From Magallana gigas (Eukaryota): 64,000 nt of DNA. Below the pieces are notes generated by a model. The model was given only the letters and a program-made list of their open reading frames with translations. It was not told the DNA's origin and searched no databases. Shown here piece by piece: positions 25,501-39,200 of the stretch. The stretch lies in contig NC_088853.1 in assembly GCF_963853765.1 (NCBI RefSeq), positions 16,740,001 to 16,804,000 of the forward strand. The letters run 5' to 3'. Positions within the stretch are counted from its first letter, which is position 1. Each line of letters starts with the position of its first letter. A program made the translations under genes and the position numbers.

Positions 25501-28500
25501 AACTTGCAACAGGTGCTGTTAGGGAGGCAGTGTGGTAAACAAATTCAGTTAAGCCTTTATTAAAGTTTGAACGCTTATTATTGATAGCCGAAGGCTTGAT
25601 ATATCATTCATCAAGCCTGCCACAGGGCTTGATGTTCGTGGTTTTTTTTTGTTTTTTTTTTTTTTAGACTTTATTGATCTCCTTTGAAAAAGATGTCTAA
25701 ATAAAAAAAACCCAGTTTTCTATATCTTAATAAAATGTTCTTATTCTGAAAAATGAATATCGATAGTGGTTTCCATATAGATAAGTTTAGAAATCTTCGA
25801 TTTTAAACTTTTAATGTAACAGGTTATCGATTTAAAATTTACAAGCTGCTATGAAACTTAAGGTTTTTTTTTTCTCTCTGATTAATTACGCAATTTAGTT
25901 TTTAACAAAAAAGGAAATAACCAAACAAACAAACGGAGATGCTTTCATGTGACAAAAATGTTAATCCTTTTGACACTAGTCATTGATATCTTCTTTACTT
26001 GATCTCCAAGCAAATTAAATAATTGTTGGACAATAGAAGTGTGAAATTATCGTAACAGCTAGATGTGTGAATGTTTACTTTTCTGGCATGCCATTACTAT
26101 CCCTTTGTCATAAAAAAGCAATGCCTGTCAAAAAAAAAAAACAATTGTAACAGAGAATGGTTTAAGATCTGGAAGAGAACGGTTGGGCTAACTGTGCTGG
26201 AACCCCGCACATTAGCATAGAGTGTGTGATATCGGACTATCTGTGCTGGATTTCTGCACGTTAGTGTCGATTTTGAGTACAGAATTATATCGGACTGTCC
26301 GTGCTGGAATCTCCGCACGTTCTTAAGTTGTTATCTCGGAACTCCGAGAATCGGTTTTCATTGGAATACCATGTACCGTTATTTCATCAACTTAAATACA
26401 ACTTGTTGAACTTTTGTTTCGTTTTGGAGTTTTTATTCAGCGTAAACTTGAGCGAGTGTAACGAATTGAGCTTTCCCCTGAATTCACCATATGGATTTTA
26501 AGAACTTTTATATTACAATTTACAATTTACAACAAATCAAATAGAAGATACGTTCGTGAAAGTTGGGTAGTATTTTTAGTAGAAAGCCGATTGGCATGCT
26601 ACCGGGCTAACCGCAGCTTCACGGAAAATTCGCGATAGGAACTTTACATTTAAAATTCATTGGTGAAAATTGGTGTGAGAATCGAATTGTTCCCCGTCCT
26701 CTCAACAAAGCGAGTGATTGAAACTCTAACGTCATGATGAACCAACAAGTGCGACCGTCCATCCACAAGAAGTCCAAAAACAGAAATTACGGGACAGGAA
26801 TCGTATGCAGCAGTTTTTGGATAAGAAATTCCAGGGATCTCCGAACTCTGTGTCTCCGCCCGCTACTAACGTTACCATCCTAATGACGCATTTGGAAGAA
26901 AATCCAACGCAAGCTTCCCATGCGGATTCGGAATTGACCACCACCACTCCGTGTCCAGGTGATGTAGTGGAAACCCGTCAGCGTAAACTTGAGCGAGTGT
27001 AACGAATTGAGCTTTCCCCTGAATTCACCATATGGATTTTAAGAACTTTTATATTACAATTTACAATTTACAACAAATCAAATAGAAGATACGTTCGTGA
27101 AAGTTGGGTAGTATTTTTAGTAGAAAGCCGATTGGCATGCTACCGGGCTAATCGCAGCTTCACGGAAAATTCGCGATAGGAACTTTACATTTAAAATTCA
27201 TTGGTGAAATTTACATGCAAATTGAAACAGAGGAAATTCGGACTATTTAAAAAAAACTTCTTTTCATTGCTGAATTATTATTTTGTAAATATGTGTGTAT
27301 AAATTTCGGACACTACCTCATACGTTATATGAAATATAAATAAAACACAATATCGATTCAAGATAGCATTGTAGTAGTTTTAAACTTTTAGTTTGAAAAT
27401 ATAATACTAGGGCTACAATGTACAATTGGTTATGGTTTTTTTCGTTCCTATATAAGGGAATGTTTGCGCCCCTTAGTCATAATAATCCTTAGCACTATAC
27501 AAAACAAAATAAATCTATTTGACCTACATGTTGCATAAGAAACATTCGGCCTGACTTTGATTTCCTTGTATTAACCGGATGTTAGCATTATAGGACACCT
27601 GTTATCAATAAACGCAATGTTGCTTCATGTCAACCATTTTATAGATTCGTAATTTGGGTCGAATACCAAATTTGGCATACGAAAAAAAAATGTAGGAAGT
27701 AGGGTTGTCAGCAAAATAATCATCCTGCTTTGTTACGATTTCTTTTGCTTTAAACCCTTATGTAGATTCCATTTATAAATGGCTTTTTTTTATTGAAGGT
27801 TTTTCATGTGCCCTTTTGTCAATCAAAAGGTCGTAGAATTTGTGAAAGACCAAATTACTTAAAGTTTTTCTATTGATGTAAAGCTGAACATCATTATAGA
27901 CCTACTCTGTTCCGAGATTTTGCTCCACCTGCTTTTCGCTTATCATAAATACTAGTACCTTAATTTCGATTTGTGCTCAAACTACGTTCATCCACTAAAA
28001 TTTAATATGAAAAATTTCCAGATTTTATGTTTGAAAACACCCCCTCTACCGCTTTAGACTTCAATACACAACATTAAGTATAAAGTCAATGGAGATTTTG
28101 CATTGCATCAGCCATAAAATAGCCCGGATGATAATGTTGAAAAATAATGCGAGCTATTCCGAGCGAGTTCCGAATGGTAAAAAGATGACAACATTTCCCA
28201 TTATAAATTTCCATAATAAAATTGTTTTCGTTCCTGTGAACTTTTACGATAGATACATAATAATTGTGTTAATGAGGATATCATAGATATTTTCCCTTTT
28301 ATCGATTTCAATTGTATTTTTCACAGTTATGCGTGTGTTTTTAAAAAAAAAATGATCATCAAGTGTTGAAAGCATTAACTTGGGACAGACAATAGCAATG
28401 TGTATGAATCAGTCTGGGTTTTTTCCCGAATTTTTCGATTTACCACTTTTAATTGCTATTAGTATGTTTCTAGTTTATTATCTTATGGCCTGCTGTAAAG

Positions 28501-31500
28501 TGTGAATCATTACCTCAGATGCCACCGTCTGCTGCCCAGATAATTCGAACCCCGCTCTACATGGCACTGTTTCTTCTACCACTGTCCCAGATAGATTTGT
28601 CGTAACAGTGACGTCACACTGATGATATTGGAAAATGACGTTATGCGAAGCGTTAAGTTTCCTGTTCGTGTACGAAGCATCGTCTTCGAAAGAGCTACAC
28701 CGGAAATCAGGAATGTGGCCTAAATTAAAAACAAAATCCAAAAATCCCAATATTTATTCATTGTTTAACTCTAAATTCACTTACTCAACAAAAATACAAA
28801 GTTGATAAATTTATTGCTTGTAAAATGTTTGAAATGTATTTTTAGATGGTTTTTTGTATAGAATTACTCTTCAGGAAACATTTATTGTTAATACACCTAC
28901 AATCTGGTTATCTATTTTGAATACTATTACTAAATCATAATCAAGCTCTTTGTGTTAATGACATTTAACAAATTTTATCTATTTTTCTACGAGCTTGCAT
29001 CTGTCGTATTTTTGTATTTTTTTACTTACAGTACCTCATTTTTCTGTGTGCTAGTTTGTTTGTGGTTTGTTTGCTGTTGTATTGGTTTTTTTGTTTAGCT
29101 TTCTGGTAGAACATTTCAATATGTACAGCCTCTCTTCCTTAATGTTTAATGTTTGTAAGTGAGTAAGAGTGAATAAAGGGATATGTAAAATACTATATTG
29201 CATTCATTTATTACACGTTTCTGGGAGAGTTAATTTTAAAAATATACAATCTCTGATCAAATAATTGGAAAACAGACAATATTAATTCAATGCTGTGTTT
29301 TAAACGTACAGAAACTTGCTGTTACGAAAGATTATTACAAGTACAGGCGTTTTTTGCTTAGTTTTTATAACAAATGCCGAAAATCCTCAACATCTATCGA
29401 TTAAGATTATGAAACATGTTTTGATACTGCACCTGCATCCTTAATATTATGTCTAGACCAACCCGCTTAATTTTCACACTTCGAGTGGTAACTTCGTAAA
29501 TGATCTTTTATAACATTTCTATGATTAAGACTTTGTAAATTATATTATATAGACGACGAATAGTTACATGTAACGTTTTAATTTGTTTTTGTTTATTATG
29601 AAATGTCTAACAAGTTGAAAGTGTACATAGCAATATGAAATGAATTGGTTAAAGCGAAAAATGAACAAAGGATTATAACATTTGTTTTTCTTTGGACTGT
29701 CATGTCATAAGTTCATTTCGATTGATTAATTGTTTGGTTGATTCTTAATCAATATCTATTGACTGATAAATGGTCATGTTGAAAAATAAGTTGATCGATC
29801 GATTAATTGATTGATTAGGTAATGACAGAAATGAATTGCTGATAATTACGTCTTGTCTATAAAATACATTCAAATAACAAAATAAGCCTAATTAGGGGGC
29901 GATGGTGGGCTTGTTTGCCTAACATCAAGACATATAATAAGCAAAGGTTACTTACTGCAATTTTCATCCTTAATCTTTGCACCATTGACATTTTATTTCC
30001 AGCTCTTAGCCAATTGACAACGACAGAAAGCATCTAACACTCGAGTTTTACATGCAGAACTTCAATGCAACTATTTTTGGCAAAACGCCATCGCGAAAAT
30101 TATACACATACTATATACATACTTTTTGTTTATCCGTTTAATTTTAATCTTAAAAATACATATGTATGATCAATTTATTTCATTTTTACAATTACCATGT
30201 ATGATATTGATAAAATATTCCATGTTTTTTCTAAATAAAATTTGAAATCTAATACTTTATTGATATAATGGACATTAAGGATACCACGAAAAAATAAAAA
30301 TTTAAAAATTTAGATAAAACACACCCATTCCTCCCACCCCCCAATAATAAACCTCATATCTGAAAAAAAAACCCGCTTAAAAACCGACAAGATTAATTCA
30401 ATTCCGTGTTTAAAACGTACAGCATACTTAACATTACGTAAGAATAATACAAGGACAGACGTGTTTGCTTAATAAGTACCTGTAAAAAATGGTCGGAAAA
30501 AACCCACATTTACAAATTTAAAATCATGGAGTATCTTTTACTACTGCATCTATATTCTTCTGAAGTCTAGACCAACCCACTGACTTTTCACACTCGCTGT
30601 AGTATTTGAACTTTCCTAACAAAAAATGAATTTGATCTTATCGATGCGTTTTTAAGACTCATTTACAGCCAACTGATGATAATGAGTGGGCTCGTACAAA
30701 AAACGGCATCCATATGTGAAAGGTCAAACCCGTCGACTAGCTACATGTAACATGTAACATATCACTTTTTTTGTTTATCACAAAAATCTAACCAGTCGAG
30801 AATATATGTACGGTAGCTTTTAGAGATGCTAATAACAGCCGTTGAAAAGTTTCAAATACGTTGAAAAAAATAAAAAAAGAACATAACATTTGTTTTCCCT
30901 TGGACTGAAAATTATATCAGTTAAGTGGCTCTATAAATTACTTATAGTTCGTGTAAGTTTAACTAGGCAAAACAGTGACGAAGCAGAAATGCATTGTTTG
31001 TGTATGATATGAAGTTCTGTAAATGAATTTGCATACGCCTATAAGATGACACAGAAGTGAATCATTCATAGAAATCACTGTTTTTCCAAGGGAGAACAAA
31101 TACATACCCAGACAAATACATACCCAGAAATTCTAAAAATATATAACTGCAATATGTTGGCGGTAATTAATCTCAGTTATAGTTTCATTGAAACTAGAAA
31201 AAATTGTCTCAAATGTATAGGAAAAGATGTCAATCAAAATTTTTCAGTCACTGAGAATGTTGCTGAGATATGGGGGAAATCACAGTAGATTGTGATCAGA
31301 ATTAAGGGATTTCCCTCGTTAGACATACTCATTGACATTCACATGCACATTCAAATGTTCAACTGTTAATGTACATCTAAATTGTTCTTAACAGGTTGTG
31401 ACGGCATTGAAACAGTTTTCATTGATTGTGAATGAATCCAGAGCTCTGTCAACAGAAAACTGTTTTGGGGGAAGAAGGCGAAGAAATGCTTTTGTCTTTT

Positions 31501-32389
31501 TGTTAAAGATTTTTTTTAACGTTCTAAACTTTCTAAAAATAATTTCGATTGAATATTATACATTCATTGCGTGATGGGGAAGAACAAATTAAAATTTTAT
31601 TAAATTTCTAAAAGTAAAATCCTATTTCTCGAGGGCATTGGTCGAGGGATATTTGACTTTTCCTGGGTAAATAAATAAATGTATTGCATAATTAGACATA
31701 CCATCTCATCCGTGGACACCCGCGTCTTGTCTCGTATACGTTTTTCCGATTGTAATTAAACTCATTTAACTTTTATTTTCCTAAATCATAAACCGGGTGA
31801 AAGCCTTGTAGGACAATCACAGATACGACCGGAAGTGAACACAATCCCTCTTTCATCTTTTGAAATTTTAAATGTCTAGACACATGGATGTGTTATGTTT
31901 TTGTTTGGGCGAAACACATGGATATATCGGTGGTATCTGCGACACACAGATCCATTGATTGTAACTAAGAAACACGGCTATCTTGCTTGTTATTGCAACA
32001 CGCGGAAATCTCGACAGTTACAGCAATTCATAAATTGTATCTAAGAGAGTTCTAGGATGGAATTTTATCATTATGTAGGGATGTTCTAAAATTCAATGAT
32101 GCGTCACTCAAAGTATTAATATATCAAATTTCGATATAAAAAACACATTTCCCTCTCAATTAAAGTTGTAATTCAATATTCAAACAAGATAAAAATTATA
32201 AACAATTGAAATAATATCAGCTTGCGTTTTAGACAACTATACTTTCAAAGAGTGGACTAATTGCTCTCAAAGTATATTACTTAGTAAGAATAAAAAAACT
32301 AATGTCTTATTTTGTTTTCTTTTAATATAAGCAGTTTTTTTACCATGAATTTGAAAACCTAATTGCTATTAGAGAAAGTGTAGCAGAGG

Positions 32390-32477
<88 letters not shown>

Positions 32478-33010
32478 AAAAACGATATGAAATCAGAATG
32501 ATAACATTTACTGTTTTGCAAAGCATTAACTGTCAAAATTTTGTTAACACAATTAACATATACATGTTAACTCAACCGAAAGGTGTTAAAAAGTTTACTA
32601 TGTGTATGAGAAAATGATGAATGTTTGTTCTGTGATTATAATATCTCACTAATTAATTGTTTGTTAATTTGCGTATTTAAATTTCAAGAGATTACTTAAC
32701 AGGACGCCAAAGTATTAGGTTGCATAAAGAATGAAAAAAGTTTTTTTTTTTTCACTTTTGACCTTTGGATTGACCCTGCAAAGGGAACAACTTTAGCAAA
32801 GTGTGGATTGGACTTATTGATGAAAAGGAAGTTTAACATACTTTGTAGGCTCAAATAGGTGAACAAAAATAAATAAATTGACTTACCAATGAATACATAT
32901 ATGACTATTGGAAATGCCATCATAGGGAAACAACTTAAATTGTAGATATATTGGAGCAACTGAAAACGACCAAATTTCCCGAGAGATCGCAACACACGGT
33001 CAGTATCCAT
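13524..33010 (-). CDS. SLC22-family (organic cation/anion/carnitine transporter-like) MFS transporter, 549 aa
   Basis: complement(join(33010..32887,28719..28514,25212..24982,24354..24152,23330..23019,20811..20677,16013..15928,15255..15138,14707..14635,13685..13524)), 1650 nt with consistent phases. Motifs: GKFGRFQ, Cys-containing extracellular loop with WELVC, DKHGR, ELFPTELR, ESPRWL, NRWGRR, EIYPTNIR, PETTGKELP. The donors of exons 3, 7 and 8 are weak (GTGTGT, GTGTGT, GTTCAA). Confidence 0.92.
15838..15912. repeat. (GA)-rich microsatellite next to the SLC22 exon 7 donor
   Basis: Directly visible. Confidence 0.9.
16014..17748. repeat. 36-bp minisatellite, about 48 units, in SLC22 intron 6
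   Basis: Consensus GACAATGCAGTGTAACAATAGAACACACACTGTGTA (period 36, e.g. 16041, 16077, 16113), with 34-nt variants and blocks of shared variants. Confidence 0.98.
17990..19240. repeat. Unclassified interspersed repeat remnant
   Basis: AGTCCGAATTTCCTCT occurs at about 18332 and 18696 and as a reverse complement at about 27228. Boundaries are uncertain. Confidence 0.35.
19510..19742. mobile_element. MITE with about 27-bp TIRs (TACTGTAAA...TTTACAGTA)
   Basis: TACTGTAAAATCCTTATTTTACGCGAG versus CTCGCGTTTAATAAAGAATTTACAGTA. Confidence 0.8.
21190..21372 (-). mobile_element. Degenerate tRNA-derived SINE with a V/Meta-like core
   Basis: Minus strand: tRNA-like head (TGGCCAAGACTTAGTGG...GAGTTCGATC), then TGGAATTCCTCTGGGCAATCCGTCTTCTTACCACA, resembling the conserved GGGTTTTCTCCGGGTACTCCGGTTTCCTCCCACA SINE core (recalled, not searched). 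Confidence 0.55.
22134..22700 (+). mobile_element. Dispersed repeat, copy 1 (begins TTAAG)
   Basis: Colinear similarity to about 27950-28480 (GTTCATCCACTAA, CCCGGA(C/T)GATAA(C/T)GTTGAAAAATA, GGATATC...ATCGATTT). Confidence 0.6.
22792..23002. mobile_element. MITE, TACTGTATACAGGG family, 16 bp from the SLC22 exon 5 donor
   Basis: CACTGTTTACAGGGAAACATTCGCC ... GGCGAAAATATCCCTGTATACAGTA. Confidence 0.8.
25252..25473. mobile_element. MITE, TACTGTGG family
   Basis: TACTGTGGAACCATTATTATTC ... GAACAATGATGATTTTACAATA; related to 5631-5826. Confidence 0.6.
26146..27209 (+). mobile_element. Truncated LTR-retrotransposon-like sequence with a 232-bp internal tandem duplication
   Basis: TGTAACAG...CTTTACA (26146-26648) with three internal repeats of about 35 bp, followed by TGGTG PBS-like motifs. 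26437-26668 is repeated at 26978-27209 with one mismatch. Confidence 0.5.
27950..28480 (+). mobile_element. Dispersed repeat, copy 2 of the 22134 family
   Basis: Colinear similarity to 22134-22700. Confidence 0.55.
32391..32473. repeat. (TA)n microsatellite, about 41 units
   Basis: Directly visible. Confidence 0.98.
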
Positions 33011-34122
33011 ATCGACTGCTTTTTAGCGTTTCAAACCATTGTGAATAAACACATACAGCTTTGCTTCTTTTAAATAAAACAATTTCAATTTATTTGTTAT
33101 TGACCCATATTGCCAAGTAGAGTTGAAAGTTACAACATTAATGCAGTATCTCACGTTTAAATTGTGGGCTTACATAAATTAACTATCAGTGTGAACTAAA
33201 GTGCATTATTCTTTAGTTTGTATAAAGTGAATTGCTTTCCTAAATGTAAAACTGATTAATAAGTCTCCAACTAAACGAGTGTGTTATATTTTTCCTTGAT
33301 GATTCAATTATAGTAGTATCAGTATATAGTATTTGATTTTTTTATCTAGTTTAGATGAAATTAGATAACTTTTCTATTAATGGAGTTATTTTACCTAAAT
33401 CAGAGTTTTGAACAATTAACACAATAGCTGAGCTGTTAAAATGTTGAGGAAGTGAAGATCTGCAAGACTAAGGGTTTCATACAACATACAAATTTAAAAC
33501 GCACTTAACAGAACATCAAGTAGAATATGATTTTCCCCCTCAATTAGGAGAAACATCAACACTATTATTTGTTATTCAAAATAGCTCCTTGTTCACGTGT
33601 TTGAAAGCATTAAAGCGTTCCCTATCTATATTTTGCCGATAAAACTTTTTTAATGCACGTTTCATATTTTAATATTTAATTTCATTTATTATTTATAGTT
33701 ACTTACATACAACTATGGGGATCACACAAAAAGACAACAATTTTAAAACACTGCAGTCTTATGATAAGTATTCTTAAGAAAACAAATATTGTTCTTAGTT
33801 CTTCAAATGTTTTCTGATCTTTTTGATAATTTTTCCTTTTACAGAAAAAACTCAGATTTGAACCTTAGTACACCATCACATAAACTTTGAAGTCAATTTA
33901 AAGTAAGTTTAAGTAAGTTTCTTGTAAAGTGCCGTGCACTTTAGTTGGTGTTGATCGCAACTATACATTTACCCTACACACAAATTGCGAGGGGCATCGT
34001 ATATAGTAAAAGAATCAATTAATTCTTCTAGTTGTAAATGTAACTCCTCTTAAACCACTACACAGAATTTCACGTAACTTTGTAGTAATATAGTAGACAG
34101 TGTTTATATTTAGATGTGCATA

Positions 34123-34459
34123 TTAAGGTGGAATAACACACCTTTAAAAAGTCACTCAAATTAACAGTAAATTATTTGATTATGAAAAATATAATGATAA
34201 ATAAACTATACATATGTCAAACAAGCGAAAAATTTGCATTTTGGGGATAAAAAATGAATATCTTAAAAATCAATTCAGTAAGTAACAACAAAAACCCCTG
34301 AGGGATTCGAACTCTGTATGTAAAGATCACAAGCCCAACACTTTATCCACTCGGCTATGAGATAAGTTATCAGTTGTAGTCGATAAAATCCTTTTAATAA
34401 AACAAAATCGTTTCGATCAGGGGTCAGCCATTTTGTGACGATGTGTTATTCCACCTTAA
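34123..34459 (-). mobile_element. TTAA-flanked TIR element with tRNA-like Pol III promoter, copy 2 (inverted relative to 9102)
   Basis: Same 13-bp TIR and TTAA flanks; minus-strand TAGCCGAGTGG and GAGTTCGAATCC at about 34296-34360. Confidence 0.85.
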
Positions 34460-36244
34460 GATGAAATTCTGATTAATTTTTCCCCTTGCTTTTGGACAAG
34501 TTGGTCCCTTTTGAACATAGAAAGCTATCTTTGTTAACAACTACAGATTAGATGTGTATGTTAGCAGTTTTGCTTTGCAATGAAGTTTTTAGCCGGGCTC
34601 TACTGAAAGTAGAGTCCTGGCTGTAGGCAGGCAAATCGCCATTGTAACTATAAATAGCACAACTTCAAAAGTAAACAAAAATCCAAACAGCGTCAAGGTA
34701 AAATTTTCCGCTATACCAAATAGTATCACAAAGAGCCATGTTCTGTCAAATGTGTTGGCAGTTTGGTTTTTTTAAATTTCGAGAGTTGTCTATCTTTTTT
34801 TTTTTCAGTTTTTTTTTATTTATAACGTGTTTTAAAAACAAGACTATGCGTTTTGGACACATACAATGCACATAAATTTCCATGAACTACTTTGCTCCGC
34901 GTTCAAGAAATGGGTATTGAATATTTAACGCTTGTTGCAAAATTCAAGGTAGCAACTGTTGACTTTTTTTCTACTAGACAGACAGTTTTTGCCTTAAATA
35001 TTTGTTAGAGATGAGATAAAACATAATAAAGTAAGCTTATTTTATTTTGTGCTTTGTTTCAGTTTCCCATTGTACAACATGGCTATACAAATATCAAACA
35101 AAGTATAAACGAATTGTGCTGAAAAAACCCCACATGCAATGATGTAAAATTGAGACAAGTTACACCATTAATTCATCGTATCATATTGATAAATCTTTCT
35201 CTATATATAAAGCAAATCTAAAGCAAATTTAAAGAGGGTCAGAAATTCATGACCATGTTTGAATTATATATATCTTATAGAAAAGAGGAATTCCTTAAAA
35301 ATAAACAGGATGGTATTTTTTAAAATCTAAAATATCTAGCTTTTTCCAAAACTGAAATATAAATTTTACAGGAATAAATATTCTAAATATTTAGGTAGAT
35401 ATACTGGGCAATTTTCTGGACATCAAACTTCCTTTAATGTGTCGATCTTCTAGTGCATTGCAGGCATATAACCACACACATATTATGTACTAAACATATA
35501 CCAAAATATACAACGTATTATTGTAATATTTGTGTACTACATATCATAACAACAATAAAACGTTTAGTCGTACACATAGTGTTAACTATAAATAAGGACT
35601 CATTTTTGGGTATAATGAGGTAAAAGGGGGCCATCAATTTAAATCTATTAGGACCCAACTATTATGACAGATTTGACCAAGCCTACCCTTAATGATCACC
35701 TGATGATATCCAAAGAATGATTCCACATTACTTATGTTTACATAATGTCCACAAATTGCACGATTAAAAATCTAAATATGTCATTAATGAAATGTACTAA
35801 ACTCCAGTACCATATCAATTCACAGCGTTATTACAGGCATAGGTGTTACAAAAAGTAACTTAAGTTTGTACAATAACAGTTATGAGGTACACTAGTGTCT
35901 TTATAATTAAAAACAAATGGCTTAACCCGTGCTTCCTTAAGATACATGGTGTGGAACAAAAGCTGGAAATTACCTATATAAACAATACCTGCTGACTAAT
36001 CTAATTATGTTTATTTACAAAACAGAATGTGTACAAAAAATACACACACAAAAAATACACACACAAAAAATACTAACACAAAAAATACAATAAACCAACA
36101 AACAAACAAAAATTGTATTTCGATTTTTTTGTAACACATAGTTATCCATTGGCAATTAACCTATTTGGAATAGATGACATGAGACGAGCAAAAAATATAA
36201 CCTTAAATTCAGTCATACGTCATTTTTAACATGAAAATTGAGTT

Positions 36245-39200
36245 TCACAGAAACCTCTCCTCACTTTGTTCAACTTTAATTGCATCTTTCATTCGGATTA
36301 ACTCTTGTCTTGAAGCTTTGATCACCATTCCTGTCGTTTGGCTGCTAGATCTTGAATGCGTGAACATCCTGTTCAATTCCTTTCTAAATAACTTTCCTGA
36401 CAACACATATATGCAGAAATTGATGCTATAGTTTATATAGGAAAAAGTGGAAATGACTTCGGAGTAGGGTTTCAGACGAAAGTACAAATAGATACCTTCT
36501 ATTGTGTTCATGTCTACAACAGCATACAAAATGATAGATATTATAAGCAAGGGAAGCATTGTTACAATGTATGTAAATGATATTGTCAGCAGTGTTGCTG
36601 TTGTTTTGAAGGAACGCTTTCGAAAGACAGCTCGCGACTGACACATGTTTGATTTTCCTCCATTGCTTCTTTCGTATATATCTTTCTGGATTCGTCGAAT
36701 TTTTAGCAGAACTGAGAAATTTCCAATAAGGACTACAAAGAAAGGAAAGCCAAACATCAGCGTAAACATGTATCCGTATATGTGCAAATTCAAGTAGATT
36801 TCTCGGTGTTCCACATACGCGCCACATCTTGATCCGCTTCTGCCGAAGAAGGAAAAGCGAAAAAATTGCGATAGGGAAAGGATCAGAAAGAGGCAGGATA
36901 TAATGGACACCGCACCCGACTGCGTCTTCAGAGGAGTCTTTTTAAAGGGAAAACAGACGGCTTGCAGTCTTTCTAAGGACATGCAGACAATCAACCAAGC
37001 CGACATGAGGTAACAAATGTTCAAAGAGAAGAAGTATATTTTGCAGCCAAAATCGGAGAATGTGGAAAACATATTTCCGATTTCCGTGTACTTGTCCAAA
37101 TACATGTTGACAAGGTCGACTTGTCGACCAACAAGGGTCAGAGAGTCGAAGACGGCCAGTGCGCACAGGAAGTGGCTGTAGGAGCGCTGTCGTAGCGACT
37201 TCCGTTTCATCACGATAAAGCACAACATATTTCCGATAAGTCCCAGTGTAACAATGGCGGGAGTAATGTAGAAAGATATCCAAAACCCCCACTGGGGCGG
37301 TGGGTTCAGCATAGGACGGAGCCCTGTAAGACAAAAGATTTATCATATCATTGACCCATCCAAGCTATTATAAAGGTTGGATCGATATACATAAATGTAT
37401 ATTTAAACAAAAACTGTCAATCGCCGGCCCAGGACGAGATAAATATAACTTTATTTTCTTTCCACTAAGCCACGAATTGTTTTCAACAATTCCGTTTTCA
37501 ATTGAAGTTTTGCGACCCTGGAAGATTTGTTGAATATTGTACTTTGAGAGCAGCTAATCATAGTATTGACCTTTTAACATCGATTGCTATTGATACATGT
37601 AACTATAGAACATATACCTATCAGGTTAACATATTATGCTCTTGAATTAATCCCATTAGCCGCGTGATGACCATGGTCAGTATTTGAAAAAAATTGTGAT
37701 TCTCTTCATGTCGTTTTAAAAATCTTCACCTCGTTTGTTTTCGTTAACAAAGAACCGCAACTCTCTATGTATTTTGTTAAGCTCACAAAGCTAGTGTCTT
37801 ATCTTTTGAACCTTCATCAGACTTATCAGCATGTCAAAAGTAGTCTGTCTAGTTGAAATTAATTCTTTTTCCAAAGCTATGTATGTTATACATATTTTTC
37901 GATAAACAAAAAATGTTTCATAACACGAACTCATGTTACTGTACAAGTACTAAAATTCTTTGGGAAAAGACACTGTCTTAAGGAACTGAGGAGGCATTGC
38001 ATAAAAAGAAAATTATGTAGCATCAATTTGTAATTTTCTTACGGTAAATAGATGTTGCTTTCTTATTAGAGCTTTTTTCTTTATTCCGCACAAAAGGAAT
38101 AGCTAGATGTAAAAGAACATTTTCTGATAAATGGTCTTGAGCACCGGAACAAAAGTGTTAATTATACAAACTTTCATAAGGTATTGATATTGTTGTCATT
38201 TCAAAACACGATGGAAAGTAGTCCTGTTGTTCACAATCCCACCCACATCTATTAGAGTTATTAGTAACAAAAATGTGCCACACTTTGCAACCATGCAAGA
38301 TTACGAAAGATTTTAAAATTATTTAAATGAAATAAATTGTTAATTAAAAGATTTTGGACTGTTACAAAACAAATCATGAAAACGTCCGTAAATGACAGAA
38401 CTCTTTTAAGAGTTAAGATGAAATAAGTCTCCAAAACTCCGCTCGCATTAATTCATTTTATTTACTAAGTCAACTTAAAACTAAAGTTGATTCTTAAAAC
38501 AACGATCATTAATGCACCAAAAACACATGTTTTTAAATAAACGTAGACTGAATCGAAATTTTATAAAAAAAATATCATTACAATAGAAGAATTACAAAAT
38601 TATTTCAAAGATGTTTTTGATCATACTACATCAAAGCAATATGTAGTTGTCTGCATATCTAAACGTTGATCACCATTAACTTTACGCTAGAATGGAATGT
38701 TTAAAAACTTCGAGATATCGGAGTATTCGAGATATCAAAGGTAAAAAACTAAAAAATTAAGGGGGGTTTGGACTTACAAATCGTTTCGGCATATCCATTG
38801 TATACGAGATATTAGTGTTTGAGATATCGAAGTTCAATTTTATTGCATTCGGACATATTTTGTTGCATGGAGTATAAAAAATTACCATTTTAAAATTATA
38901 CTAATTTTATCCCGTGATTATCTCTTACCAATGGAAAGATTAACTAGTTTGTAAGACATTCAAACCAATTCGCTGATATATTTTAAAAACAAAATCTTTT
39001 TCCACAAAATATATTGAGCAAAATGGGTCTATCAAAGAATGATCAATTTATAGTATATAATAATGAACAATAATTAGAAGCAAACAAACAACAACATCCC
39101 ACTCCACTCCCCCGAAAAAACTAAGAGAATCAACAAAAAATATACCAAAAGTAGGCATAAAAACCTTAAACAAAATCATAAAAAGCCTATTTTTGCAAAG

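Noticed and set aside
26805-27002. 65-aa ORF as a gag fragment
   Set aside because: No recognisable gag motif, and the ORF runs across the duplication junction.
36426-37346. Overlapping alternative-frame ORFs (133 aa and 134 aa) within the GPCR exon
   Set aside because: They are shadow frames of a GC-richer coding exon with no recognisable features.
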